This document shows positions 39,588 through 48,898 of a DNA stretch of 64,000 nt, one piece after another. Each line of letters begins with the position of its first letter. Positions within the stretch are counted from its first letter, which is position 1. Below the pieces are notes generated by a model. It was not told the DNA's origin and did no database searches. It saw nothing but the letters and a program-made list of their open reading frames with translations. This DNA is from an uncultured Acidobacteriota bacterium (GTDB lineage Bacteria; Acidobacteriota; Thermoanaerobaculia; Multivoradales; JAHEKO01). Position numbers and translations under genes: made by a program. The stretch is taken from assembly GCA_963707075.1 (NCBI GenBank), contig CAVPOX010000022.1, positions 32,076-96,075 on the forward strand. Direction: 5' to 3'.

Positions 39588-40766
39588 ATGCGATCGACCT
39601 GGAAACTGTCCCTTCTGGCTCTGACGCTGCTGCCGACGATCGGCGTAGCGCAGATCTCATTCGACCCTGCCGCGAGCTATGCGGTCGGGCAGCGGCCGTC
39701 GGGAGTTGCCGTTGCCGACTTCGACGGCAAGCTGCGGCCTGACATCGCAGTGACCAGCGATACGCCCGACAAGGTGTCGATTCTGTTCAACAACGGGAGC
39801 GGGACATTCGGCACTCCTGTCGTCGTCTCCCTGGGTGGGGGGACCTCGCCCCACGGCATCGTGGCCGCCGATTTCGATGGTGACCTGGATATCGACCTGG
39901 CGGTGGTCCTGAAAAACATCGATTCGGTTCAGTTGCTGGTGAACTCGGGTGGTGCCTTCAATACCGGCGCAGTGACCGACGTCAACGGCACTCTGCCGCG
40001 AGAGGCCGTCAGCGGCGACCTCGACAACAACGGCTTGCCGGATGTCGTCACGACGAATCGCGATTCGGAAGACATTTCGGTTCTGCTGAACAATGGTGGT
40101 GCCCTGACAGCAGGGGTCATCTACAGCGCCGGTCTCGATCCTCGCGGCCTGGCACTCGGCCACTTCAACAACGATTCGTTTCTCGATCTGGCCGTCGCGG
40201 CCCACGATGACCGGCAGGTCAGCGTGCTGCTCAACGACGGTGATGGAACCTTTGGCGCGCCTATCGCTCTTTCGCTGGGCAACGAGCTTCGACCTGCGGG
40301 AGTCACGGCTGCCGACGTTGATGGCGACGGACTGATGGACATCGTGGCGAGCAGCTCGGGTGATCTGCTGAATCGAGCAACGCTGTTTCGGCGCACGGGC
40401 TCTGGCACCTTTGCCGCTCCGCAGAACTACGCCGTCAGCGGCGTCAATCCCGAGGGAATCGTGGCCCTCGATCTCGATGTCGACGGCAGAATCGACATCG
40501 CCACGGCGGATCAGGACTCGGATCAGGTTTCAGCTCTGCGCAACCTGGGCAGCCTGTCCTTCGCCGCGGCCGTCAGCCTGCCTGTGGGGACGACTCCCGG
40601 GCCACTGGTGGCCATCGATCTCGACGGCAACGGCGCGCCGGACCTGGTGACCACGAACCAGGACTCGCAAAACATCTCGGTGCTGATCAACCGGGCGACT
40701 GCAGCGGTCTTCATCGACGGCTTCGAGTCGGGAAACACGAATGCCTGGAGCTCCGTGCTGTTCTGA
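39588..40766 (+). CDS. Secreted FG-GAP/VCBS repeat (beta-propeller) protein with a C-terminal FxDGFESG motif
   Basis: About 7 DxDGDGxxD-type repeats, a signal peptide, and the C-terminus VFIDGFESGNTNAWS. Confidence 0.88.
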   Translation: MRSTWKLSLLALTLLPTIGVAQISFDPAASYAVGQRPSGVAVADFDGKLRPDIAVTSDTPDKVSILFNNGSGTFGTPVVVSLGGGTSPHGIVAADFDGDLDIDLAVVLKNIDSVQLLVNSGGAFNTGAVTDVNGTLPREAVSGDLDNNGLPDVVTTNRDSEDISVLLNNGGALTAGVIYSAGLDPRGLALGHFNNDSFLDLAVAAHDDRQVSVLLNDGDGTFGAPIALSLGNELRPAGVTAADVDGDGLMDIVASSSGDLLNRATLFRRTGSGTFAAPQNYAVSGVNPEGIVALDLDVDGRIDIATADQDSDQVSALRNLGSLSFAAAVSLPVGTTPGPLVAIDLDGNGAPDLVTTNQDSQNISVLINRATAAVFIDGFESGNTNAWSSVLF

Positions 40767-40785
40767 GTCGTTGGTCCCCGACAAG

Positions 40786-40813
40786 TGAATCCTTGTTGGG
40801 ACTGACGGACTCT
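40786..40813 (+). promoter_or_regulatory. Putative ECF sigma promoter, copy 2 (autoregulatory)
   Basis: TGAATCCTT-N13-GACTCT, 50 nt upstream of the DUF2892-sigma-antisigma operon. Confidence 0.55.
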
Positions 40814-40863
40814 TCTTCAATGACAGTCGAATTCACGGCGTCGCTGATCGAGGAGAAACGACG

Positions 40864-41076
40864 ATGAGCAAGATGCTTCCGCGAAACGAGGGCACGGTCG
40901 ATCGGACACTGAGAGTGATTCTGGGACTTGGTTTGCTTTCGCTGGTCTTTATCGGACCCCAAACCCCGTGGGGGTGGATAGGCGTGGTACCTTTGGTGAC
41001 GGGACTGATGGGCAGCTGTCCGCTGTACACTGTCCTGGGTCTCAGCACATGTCCGATGAAGGAGGAATCCAGCTAG
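40864..41076 (+). CDS. DUF2892 (YgaP-like) membrane protein
   Basis: NEGTVDRTLRVILG...PLVTGLMGSCPLYTVLGLSTC; GAGGAG RBS. Confidence 0.9.
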   Translation: MSKMLPRNEGTVDRTLRVILGLGLLSLVFIGPQTPWGWIGVVPLVTGLMGSCPLYTVLGLSTCPMKEESS

Positions 41077-41624
41077 ACCAGGCGCTGCTGACTCGCAGCG
41101 CCAGTGGAGATCGCGGCGCGTTTCTCGAGTTCGTCGATCGACACCAGGCCGCGGTTTTTCGCTTCTGCAGCACCCTGGCGTCGAATGTGGAGGATGCCGA
41201 GGACGCGCTGCAGGAAACGTTCCTCACCGCTTGGCGCAAGGCGGGCTCCTATCAAGGCCGGGGAAGCGCCAGGTCCTGGCTATTCACCATTGCCAGAAGG
41301 AAGTTCTGGCGCGCCTCACGAGCGCCGCGGCCGATCGCGGCCGGCGATGCCGAGGCTCTGGAAAATCTGGGAGTTGCCGCCGGGTGGGGCCAAACCTCGG
41401 ATGCAAGTCTCCCTCTGCTGGATCGCATTGCCGTGCGGCGTGCCTTCGACAGCTTGTCGCCCGCCGACTGCATGGTCCTCGTGCTGCGGGATCTGGAAGG
41501 CTTCAGCAATGCCGAATCTGCCGAAATCCTGGGCGTCGAGCTGGCGGCTCTCAAGAGTCGCTTGCACCGCGCCCGGCTGCGCCTGATGAGCCGGCTGACG
41601 AAGGGAGAGAATGATGCAGGGTGA
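41049..41624 (+). CDS. ECF RNA polymerase sigma factor
   Basis: Region 2 DAEDALQETFLTAWR...SWLFTIA; region 4 LRDLEGFSNAESAEILG...KSRLHRAR. Confidence 0.92.
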   Translation: MSDEGGIQLDQALLTRSASGDRGAFLEFVDRHQAAVFRFCSTLASNVEDAEDALQETFLTAWRKAGSYQGRGSARSWLFTIARRKFWRASRAPRPIAAGDAEALENLGVAAGWGQTSDASLPLLDRIAVRRAFDSLSPADCMVLVLRDLEGFSNAESAEILGVELAALKSRLHRARLRLMSRLTKGENDAG

Positions 41625-41871
41625 TCGTCGGGTCGGTGGGCTCTGGTGTCACGAGGTGCTGGAGCGTCTGTCTGATTATGTGGATGGCGAGCTGTCGGAG
41701 CCAGAGCGACAGCAGATCGACGACCACCTGCGGGAGTGCGATACCTGTGAGCGTTTCGGGGGGCGGTTCGCTGAAAGCATTCGCGTCATCCGCGAATCTC
41801 TGCAGTCGCCGGGACCTCTGGAAGACCAGGTCTCCGAACGTCTGCATAGAGCCTTGGGGACATCCGACTAA
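41611..41871 (+). CDS. Soluble zinc-finger (zf-HC2/ZAS) anti-sigma factor
   Basis: CHEVLERLSDYVDGELS...HLRECDTC (HxxxCxxC), no TM; overlaps the sigma stop. Confidence 0.88.
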   Translation: MMQGDRRVGGLWCHEVLERLSDYVDGELSEPERQQIDDHLRECDTCERFGGRFAESIRVIRESLQSPGPLEDQVSERLHRALGTSD

Positions 41872-41932
41872 CGACGTACCCCCGACGCCTGAGCTCGTTT
41901 GTGTCAACCAAGGGCATTTGGCACCTCGAACT

Positions 41933-41964
41933 AAGTTTGAGTTTTCAAACTTTTCTGCTATCGT
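41933..41964 (+). promoter_or_regulatory. Palindromic operator overlapping a sigma70-type promoter of the DtxR-family gene
   Basis: AAGTTTGA-GTTT-TCAAACTT (41933-41952) overlaps TTGAGT (41937-41942), followed 16 nt later by an extended -10 TGcTATCGT (hexamer 41959-41964). Confidence 0.65.
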
Positions 41965-41992
41965 CTGTTCAGCCTCGACGGAACGCTGAACG

Positions 41993-42493
41993 ATGCACCG
42001 CGAAGATCCTGTCTCTCCGACGCACCAGATGTATCTCAAAGCCCTGCTGGGGCTTTGCCAGACGCATCCGGTCGGGCGCGTCCGGGACCTGGCGGAGGAG
42101 CTTGGCGTCACTCCAGGCACCGTGTCGACGGCCCTGACACGGCTCCAGGAGCTCGGCCTGGTCGATCGAGAGCACTACGGCGGAGCGCTGCTGACGCCGA
42201 TTGGCAGGGCGTTGGCGGAGTGCGTGGCGCGTCGCTACGAGACTCTGACCCGTCTGCTGACCGAAGTCTTTGGCGTCGATCTGGCTGATGCGCAAGCCGA
42301 TGCCTGCCTGATGGAGCATGCGGTCAGTCCAATCACGATCAATCGCATGAACCGCTTTCTCGAGTATTTGCAGGCGGGCGGCTCGGTCGATCTGGCCAAT
42401 CTGCGGCAACTGTATGAGAAGGAGACCGCCCCCTGCTCGGAGTGCGAGGCAGAGGGATACTGCAAGGCCGCCGAGTCGGCAGCTCACAACTAG
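41993..42493 (+). CDS. DtxR/MntR family metal-dependent repressor with a Cys-rich C-terminus
   Basis: MYLKAL, HTH RDLAEELGVTPGTVS, DACLMEHAVS and the tail CSECEAEGYC. Confidence 0.88.
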   Translation: MHREDPVSPTHQMYLKALLGLCQTHPVGRVRDLAEELGVTPGTVSTALTRLQELGLVDREHYGGALLTPIGRALAECVARRYETLTRLLTEVFGVDLADAQADACLMEHAVSPITINRMNRFLEYLQAGGSVDLANLRQLYEKETAPCSECEAEGYCKAAESAAHN

Positions 42494-42506
42494 GGATGAT
42501 TCTGGA

Positions 42507-42716
42507 TTGAACGAACGGAGTCAGGTTTCGGCTGGGAGCAGGGCAGAACGTGCTGCCGGTGATGTTCGGGAGGACGACGCCTCCAGCAGCCGTCGCTACC
42601 CACGGGTTCAGTCCAGCACGCTCTTCGGGGAAAGTCCCTGTCTGGTGATCGAGCACGGCCAGGACGAGTACCGTCTTCGCATCACGCGTTTGGGGAAACT
42701 GATTCTGACCAAGTAG
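42507..42716 (+). CDS. hemP: Hemin uptake protein HemP family
   Basis: C-terminal SSTLFGESPCLVIEHGQDEYRLRITRLGKLILTK is the HemP signature; start (TTG) uncertain. Confidence 0.85.
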   Translation: MNERSQVSAGSRAERAAGDVREDDASSSRRYPRVQSSTLFGESPCLVIEHGQDEYRLRITRLGKLILTK

Positions 42717-42829
42717 CGAGCTCCGAGCTCCGAACACGTACCAGGGCGAGCCAGCGATCTGCCAGCCAGCCCGCAGACGAAAGGCCACCCGAGAAGGGCC
42801 TGGCCAGCGAGAAGCGGGAAGGGTTTCTC

Positions 42830-45058
42830 ATGTCCATTCGATTCTTTGCTCTGTTCATGGCTGCCTCGATAACCGCCACCGTGCTGGTGGCAGACGAGGC
42901 TGCCGGCGAGGTGACTGAAACCGCATCCCCGGCCAAGGTCTTCGAGGAGCAGGTCCTGGTCACCGGCGGCTCGCAAGCAGCCGACGCTCTCCCGGGCTCG
43001 GCGGATTTCGTCGATCTGGAGGTTCTGGACGAACAGTCCTACGCAGACGTCAATCGGATCCTGCGAGCCGTGCCGGGAGTCAACATCCAGGAAGAGGAAG
43101 GTTACGGCTTGCGACCCAACATCGGCATGCGAGGCACCGGCGTCGAGCGCAGTGCCAAGATTACGGTGCTGGAGGACGGAGTGCTCATCGCACCGGCGCC
43201 CTACGCCGCACCGGCGGCCTACTACTTTCCGACCGCCGGGCGGATGGAGGCCCTGGAGGTGCGCAAGGGCTCGGCGGCGATATCCCAGGGGCCGTACACG
43301 ACCGGCGGCGTGCTGAACCTCGTCTCGTCGACGATCCCAGTCGGGCTCGCGGCGGCGGCCGAGGCTTTCTACGGCAGCGACAACACGCTGCGATGGCGGG
43401 CCAAGGCGGGCGATTCCGCGGATCACTACGGCTGGCTGGTCGAGACCTTCCAGCTCGACACCGATGGCTTCAAGGAGCTCGACGGGGGAGGGCCGACCGG
43501 CGTGCGACTGCAGGACTACCTGGGAAAGGTCCGCCTCAACAGCGACAGCTCCGCGAATCTGTATCAGCTGATCGAGCTGAAGCTGGGCAAGACCGAGCAG
43601 TCCGGCGAGGAAACCTATCTCGGTCTCACTCAGGAGGACTTCGACCGAACGCCGCTGCGGCGCTATGCCGGCTCCCAGGAGGACTGGATCGATACCGACC
43701 ACGAGCAGGTCCAGCTGCGATATTTCGTCCAGCCGGGCCGTTCGGTCTACGTCACGACAACTGCGTACCGCAACGACTTCTTTCGCAACTGGCACAAGTT
43801 GCAGTCGGTCGGTGGTGTCGGCATCAGCAGCGTCCTGGACGACCCGGTGACCCATGCGACTGCCCTCACCATCCTCCGCGGCGACCGTAACGACGATTCC
43901 GGCAGCCTGAAGATTCGCAACAACCGTCGCAACTACCGCTCTGAAGGAGTGGAGATGGTGGTGGATTGGCAGGCATCGACGGGAAGTATCGAGCACCAGG
44001 TCCAATTCGGTTGGCGGCTCCATCGCGACGCCGAGGATCGTTTCCAGGAGGAGGACGCCTGGAGCATGGTCGACGGCCGGATGAGGTTCGAGAGCCTGGG
44101 CCAACCGGCCAGCCAGGCCAATCGCATGGATGAGGCCCAGGCCCTGGCGCTGTACGTGCGGGACAGTCTGTTTCTGGGGCGCTGGACAGTCGCGCCGGGT
44201 TTCCGCGTCGAGGACATCGATTTTCTGCGGCGCGACTTCGGCAAGGAAGATCCGGGCCGCTCGGGCCACGACCTGGTGCGCAAGGAAAACTCTACCCGTG
44301 TTGTCCTGCCGGGAATTGGTGCCACCTACCAGGCAGCGTCTGCCTGGAATCTGGTGGGAGGTGTGCACCGAGGATTCGCACCTCCCGGGCCGGGTCAGGA
44401 TCCGGAGACCCGGGCCGAAGAGAGCTGGAACTACGAGCTCGGCGCCCGCTGGCAGCATGGCGCTTCCCGAGCCAAGGCGGTCGCCTTCTACAGTGACTAC
44501 GAGAATCTCCTCGGTCGGGACACGCTCGCCTCCGGCGGTGACGGTACCGGAGACGCGTTCAACGGCGGGCAGGCGGAGGTGGTCGGTCTGGAGGCGTCTT
44601 TCGAATCCGACCCTGGCATGGCCCACGACTGGCGCTGGAGCGTGCCCGTGGGCATTACCTATACCTACACTCGCGGCCGCTTCCTGAGCAGCTTCTCGAC
44701 CACTTTTCCGGACTGGGCCCCTGAAGTGGAGGCTGGCGACGCGCTACCCTACTTGCCGGAGCACCAGCTCAATGTCTCGAGCGGAATCGTCGCCCGACGC
44801 TGGAGCAGCTATCTCGATCTCACTTATGTCGACGCCATGCGGAGCTCTCCGGGACAGGGTGCCATCCCGGCAAGCGAAAGCACCGACCAGAGCTTCGTCG
44901 TCGATGCCTCGCTCGGCTACAACTTGCGGGAGAACCTGGCCTTGCGCCTGCAGGTCAGAAATCTCCTGGACGCGATCTACGTCGTGGCTCGCAGGCCGGC
45001 AGGGGCGCGCCCCGGTATGCCCCGCGCGATCCTCATTGGCATCGATTGGGATCTCTGA
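42830..45058 (+). CDS. TonB-dependent receptor, FecA-like iron receptor
   Basis: Signal peptide, EQVLVTG TonB box, EEEGYGLRPNIGMRG, LEDGVLIAPAPYAAPAAYYFP and GARPGMPR near the end. Confidence 0.9.
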   Translation: MSIRFFALFMAASITATVLVADEAAGEVTETASPAKVFEEQVLVTGGSQAADALPGSADFVDLEVLDEQSYADVNRILRAVPGVNIQEEEGYGLRPNIGMRGTGVERSAKITVLEDGVLIAPAPYAAPAAYYFPTAGRMEALEVRKGSAAISQGPYTTGGVLNLVSSTIPVGLAAAAEAFYGSDNTLRWRAKAGDSADHYGWLVETFQLDTDGFKELDGGGPTGVRLQDYLGKVRLNSDSSANLYQLIELKLGKTEQSGEETYLGLTQEDFDRTPLRRYAGSQEDWIDTDHEQVQLRYFVQPGRSVYVTTTAYRNDFFRNWHKLQSVGGVGISSVLDDPVTHATALTILRGDRNDDSGSLKIRNNRRNYRSEGVEMVVDWQASTGSIEHQVQFGWRLHRDAEDRFQEEDAWSMVDGRMRFESLGQPASQANRMDEAQALALYVRDSLFLGRWTVAPGFRVEDIDFLRRDFGKEDPGRSGHDLVRKENSTRVVLPGIGATYQAASAWNLVGGVHRGFAPPGPGQDPETRAEESWNYELGARWQHGASRAKAVAFYSDYENLLGRDTLASGGDGTGDAFNGGQAEVVGLEASFESDPGMAHDWRWSVPVGITYTYTRGRFLSSFSTTFPDWAPEVEAGDALPYLPEHQLNVSSGIVARRWSSYLDLTYVDAMRSSPGQGAIPASESTDQSFVVDASLGYNLRENLALRLQVRNLLDAIYVVARRPAGARPGMPRAILIGIDWDL

Positions 45059-45166
45059 TCGGGTTCTCGGCGCCGGCACTGCCGAGAAGTCCTGCGACAC
45101 AGACCTCCAAAGCCGGCACAGAGACCCGGCCAGGTCGTTGCCCACCTGATTGCGCTACGCGCCGCG

Positions 45167-46255
45167 CTAGAACCCGGGATCGTTCCCAGGGTCGTCCCCA
45201 GAGTCCTCCTTGGCGGGGCATTCATCGGAAAGTTCGTTGTAGGGAACGAGGAAATCGACATCGCCTGCACACACCGCAAGCTGTATCTCTTCGAAGGACA
45301 GCGGGAAGTCGACGCCCGAGGTGAGCCAGTTCAGGTAGGCAGCGGTTCCGTGCCGTCCTACCTTGTTCAGCCGGCCACCCTTCAGCCTGAGAGCTTCGCC
45401 CAACGTGATTTCAGGATCGAACAGGGCTGGATCACACTGGAAGATTGCGTTGAAAGACGTTTCCGGGTCGATCGGCCAGTACTCGAAATGGTGTCTCTGC
45501 TTCCAGAACCCGGGAGTGCAGCCATCGAAGCCCGCCGCCGAGGTGTATCCAAAATCGTTGTGGATGTTGCACTCGTCGGTGTCGATCGGGTCCACAATCA
45601 CGGTGAAGAGCTCGTTGGCGGGTGCGAGATCGGGATAGTTGAGACAGTCTTCCTTGTTACCGAGGGGCTGGCCCTCCGGAAAGGGTCCATCCTCGCAGAA
45701 GTTTCCGGTGGCGAGATCGGGATAGGGGGGGCCGTCCAGCATCGGTGTGACCACCTCGTCGCAGTCCAGGGGCAGCGTCTCGAAATCCACGCTGACACTG
45801 CACGTCCAGGGGCCAGGGTAGCCGTCGCAGGCGGTCCAGACCTCATGCAGGTAGCGGCCGGGCTGCGCACCTTCCGTGCTCGGATTCCAGGTGGCGTGCG
45901 AGGGAGGGTTGGCCGGATCCCCACAGATCTCCGGAAACAGACCCAGGTTGGGCACTGCACTCGGATCGGCGCCAGTCATGAATGCGGCGTCGTAGCAAAC
46001 TGTGGCGTCGTTCGCGACGATGACTTCGCCCTCGCTGGTGGCGTCGTTCGCGGTACAGGTGACGTGGACGGCGACATCGCTGAGCGGCCAGTCGTACTCG
46101 TCATAGACTCCGTTGGCGTCCACATCGCAATAGACGAGGTCGCCGATAAAGCTCGCACCTGCCGGGGCGGAGACGCACAGCATCGCAACGACTGCGACTG
46201 TGCCTATTGCTCCGGTCATGCCATGAAGAAACCGACGAATAGGTGAAGACAGCAT
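45167..46255 (-). CDS. Secreted acidic Cys-rich protein (SdrD-B-like N-terminus, GCTPGFWK domain)
   Basis: IGDLVYCDVDANGVYD...NDFG bracket an SdrD-B-like module; C-terminal GCTPGFWKQRHH...AAYLN domain. Confidence 0.7.
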   Translation of the reverse strand: MLSSPIRRFLHGMTGAIGTVAVVAMLCVSAPAGASFIGDLVYCDVDANGVYDEYDWPLSDVAVHVTCTANDATSEGEVIVANDATVCYDAAFMTGADPSAVPNLGLFPEICGDPANPPSHATWNPSTEGAQPGRYLHEVWTACDGYPGPWTCSVSVDFETLPLDCDEVVTPMLDGPPYPDLATGNFCEDGPFPEGQPLGNKEDCLNYPDLAPANELFTVIVDPIDTDECNIHNDFGYTSAAGFDGCTPGFWKQRHHFEYWPIDPETSFNAIFQCDPALFDPEITLGEALRLKGGRLNKVGRHGTAAYLNWLTSGVDFPLSFEEIQLAVCAGDVDFLVPYNELSDECPAKEDSGDDPGNDPGF

Positions 46256-46364
46256 TTCTACCTCCTCAATACAGTTGCCCCGATCCTCGGGGTGTTCCTC
46301 GTCTACGGACGAGTCGAATTGTCTGCACTGTTAGCTATGTAACAGCGGCCAGAGTCGACAGGCT

Positions 46365-47111
46365 GTGAAACAGGTCACACTCATTTGCACATCTCTATCC
46401 ATCCTCTCGCGGCGGGACTCGGGTCGTCGAAGCCGCTTTGGGTCGAGCGGGCGCCAGCCCGTTGACGCTGGAGCAGGGATCGCTGATGGCCTGCAACTTC
46501 ACATCGAGTTCGAGGGCGATGTGGTCGATGGCTCAGCCAATGGCTTCGATGGTCAGGCCAGTGGCGGTCTGCAGTATGTCCCCGGCATGCTCGGGCAAGC
46601 AGCGTCCTTCGACAACGACTTCACGCTCGCGTTCTGGTTCAACATCCCTCTTGACCAGGGATACTCGGTGCTGGGCAAGCGCGAGATCTGTGCCCGAGAC
46701 CCGTTCATCGACATACGGACAGGAAACATCAGCCCGAATGTGTCCCTCGAAGTCAGCGACGCGGCACAAAACTACTTCCCTGGCGCGGTGCAGAAACCGG
46801 CAGGTTGGCACCACGTGGCCTTTACCCGCACTGGGACGAGTTACCAATCCTTCTTCAACGGGCAGCTACGCAAGACGGGGGAAACGACGGTTTCTCTGGA
46901 TATCACCAATGATGCGATCCCAGGACTCAGCAACAGCCCCTGTGTCGTCTTGGATGGAACCGATAGGTTGAAGGCCTTGATCGACGATCTTCGCCTCTAC
47001 AACCGTGTCCTCAGCACTGAAGAGGTGGCGGCGCTGGCAGGTCCGATGTTCGCCGACGGGAGCAGCGGCGACGCCACGCGTGTCCAGAGCAGGGCCCAGT
47101 ACTTCGTCTGA
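46365..47111 (+). pseudogene. LamG/concanavalin-like secreted protein, probably degraded
   Basis: DFTLAFW, GWHHVAFTR and IDDLRLYNRVLS. The signal peptide appears split between frames, and the tail MFADGSSGD is a decayed FxDGFESG motif. Confidence 0.55.
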
Positions 47112-47147
47112 GGCCGAGAGCGGAATCGTCTCGCCATCGGTGCCCCG

Positions 47148-48104
47148 TCAATTTTCTTGCGAAAAGAACATCACGCCGAAGTCCGCCCCCGAGCCGTAGC
47201 CGAGTGCCAGTTCCCCGGCATGGAACCAGAAGCGCTGGACCCGGGGTAGCAGGCCCAGAAAGCGCTGCTCGTTCGCCATGGCGTCGGGGCCGCACGGCTT
47301 GCCTGTCGACACCGCCTCGCCGACGCCGATGGCACCGCGACTGTCCAGTCCACTCACCGGCGCCGAGTAATCGTTGCAACCCGCGTTGCCCGTGAAGACG
47401 CCGTCGGCATAGACGAGGGTCACCCGGCCATTCACCGGCTCGCCGAACCTCCAGGCCGCAAGCCGCCAGTGCTGACCCGTGAGGATCGCCGGGGAAAGGG
47501 TCTTGCTGCTGCCCTGCTGGAGCGGCTCCGTCAACTTCCCCTTGTCGAGGCGGAAGGCGAGGCTGGCGACTTCCGTCGGGCAGCAGGCCGCATCCTGCGG
47601 GCCGGGACGGACCAGGTCGAGGAGGATGTAGCCCTCGTCGATGCGCAGGTCTCGCACCTGGACGCGGTCGCCGATCGCGCGCGTATCGAGATTCCGGTTC
47701 TCCTGGCCAGTCTGCTTCACGACAGCCAGGTAGTGGAAGACCCCGGTGCCCCCAAAATTCGTCGTGAGGACGACGGCGGCCTCGTCCTGCCCATCGCCAT
47801 CGAGATCACCCCGCGCGACCAGCTCGCCGAGGAAGTCGACGCTCGGCAGACTGGCGCCGCCGTCCTGGTAGGGCTCACCCTCCCAGTGACCGGCGTTCAG
47901 CTCGATCTCTCCGGGGATGCCCTCGAAGCCTGCGTAGCGCGAGTTCTGCAGACGCACCAGTCCGAGCGGCTGCATCTCGGGGCGTACGCCCTGCAGCTTC
48001 TCGTCCCGGGAGTCGCCTTGTGCCGCACCGTGCATGGCGGCACCGGCGTTTGCCGTCCCGGCGGCCAGGCAGACCCACAGCATCCAGCCAAGGGAGCTCA
48101 TCAT
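47148..48104 (-). CDS. META (HslJ-like) domain secreted protein
   Basis: Signal peptide, GDLDGDGQDEAAV...GGTG, DAACCPT and C-terminal META GNAGCNDY...STGKPC...EQRFL. Confidence 0.8.
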   Translation of the reverse strand: MMSSLGWMLWVCLAAGTANAGAAMHGAAQGDSRDEKLQGVRPEMQPLGLVRLQNSRYAGFEGIPGEIELNAGHWEGEPYQDGGASLPSVDFLGELVARGDLDGDGQDEAAVVLTTNFGGTGVFHYLAVVKQTGQENRNLDTRAIGDRVQVRDLRIDEGYILLDLVRPGPQDAACCPTEVASLAFRLDKGKLTEPLQQGSSKTLSPAILTGQHWRLAAWRFGEPVNGRVTLVYADGVFTGNAGCNDYSAPVSGLDSRGAIGVGEAVSTGKPCGPDAMANEQRFLGLLPRVQRFWFHAGELALGYGSGADFGVMFFSQEN

Positions 48105-48151
48105 TTCCCCTGCGGCGGAATGTCGGCGATCGCGGCGGCGCCATCGCACTT

Positions 48152-48898
48152 CTATTCTTCGAGCCACTCGACCCGGCCAGTGGCCAGATCATAGACTCCG
48201 CCAACGACCATCAACTCGCCCTGGTCGACCAGCTCCAGGATGACGGGGCTTTGTTCGAGAATGTCGGCGATGGTCTGGCGAACGTTCTCCTTGATGGCGA
48301 GGTCCAGGAACTCCTCGTTCGACGAGTTTGCCTCGCCTTCGGTGGCTTCATCGGCGCGGGCGATCGGTGCCTCGAAGTCGTTGAGCAGCTCCGTGAGGTT
48401 GCCCAACACGACACCATCGGCCGCACCCTTGATCGCTCCACACGACGTGTGGCCGAGGATGACGATGAGCTTCGAACCAGCAACTTTGGTGGCAAACTCC
48501 ATGCTGCCGACGAGGTTCACGTCCTCTACGTTGCCGGCTACGCGACCGACAAACACGTCACCGATGCCCTGATCGAAGATGATCTCCGGCGGCACCCGCG
48601 AGTCGACGCAGCCCAGGATGGCCGCCTTTGGGTACTGTCCGCCAGCGGCGGTAGCGATGGCCTGCGCCATGTAGTCTCGCGAGGTCAGTTTGCCCTCGAC
48701 AAACCGCTGGTTGCCCGCCTGGAGGTCGGCCAGCACCTGCTCGGGGGTCAGCGCTTGCTGGGCGGCAGCGTCGAGCACTGCCCGCACCGGCTGGGCTGGG
48801 GGTGGGGTGATCTCCGCCTTCGGCGCCGGCTCGGGAGCACATCCGATAGCGAAGAGCGCAGTCGAGATCATCCATGAGTTGGCTGTCTTGGTTCTCAT
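48152..48898 (-). CDS. Beta-class carbonic anhydrase, lipoprotein
   Basis: LQAGNQRF, Zn ligands GCVDSRV and GHTSCGA, lipobox AIG-C. Confidence 0.92.
   Translation of the reverse strand: MRTKTANSWMISTALFAIGCAPEPAPKAEITPPPAQPVRAVLDAAAQQALTPEQVLADLQAGNQRFVEGKLTSRDYMAQAIATAAGGQYPKAAILGCVDSRVPPEIIFDQGIGDVFVGRVAGNVEDVNLVGSMEFATKVAGSKLIVILGHTSCGAIKGAADGVVLGNLTELLNDFEAPIARADEATEGEANSSNEEFLDLAIKENVRQTIADILEQSPVILELVDQGELMVVGGVYDLATGRVEWLEE

Noticed and set aside
46278-46345. Three short hairpins in a divergent intergenic region
   Set aside because: The stems are only 6 bp with no shared sequence and no recognisable riboswitch; chance or operator sites cannot be distinguished.
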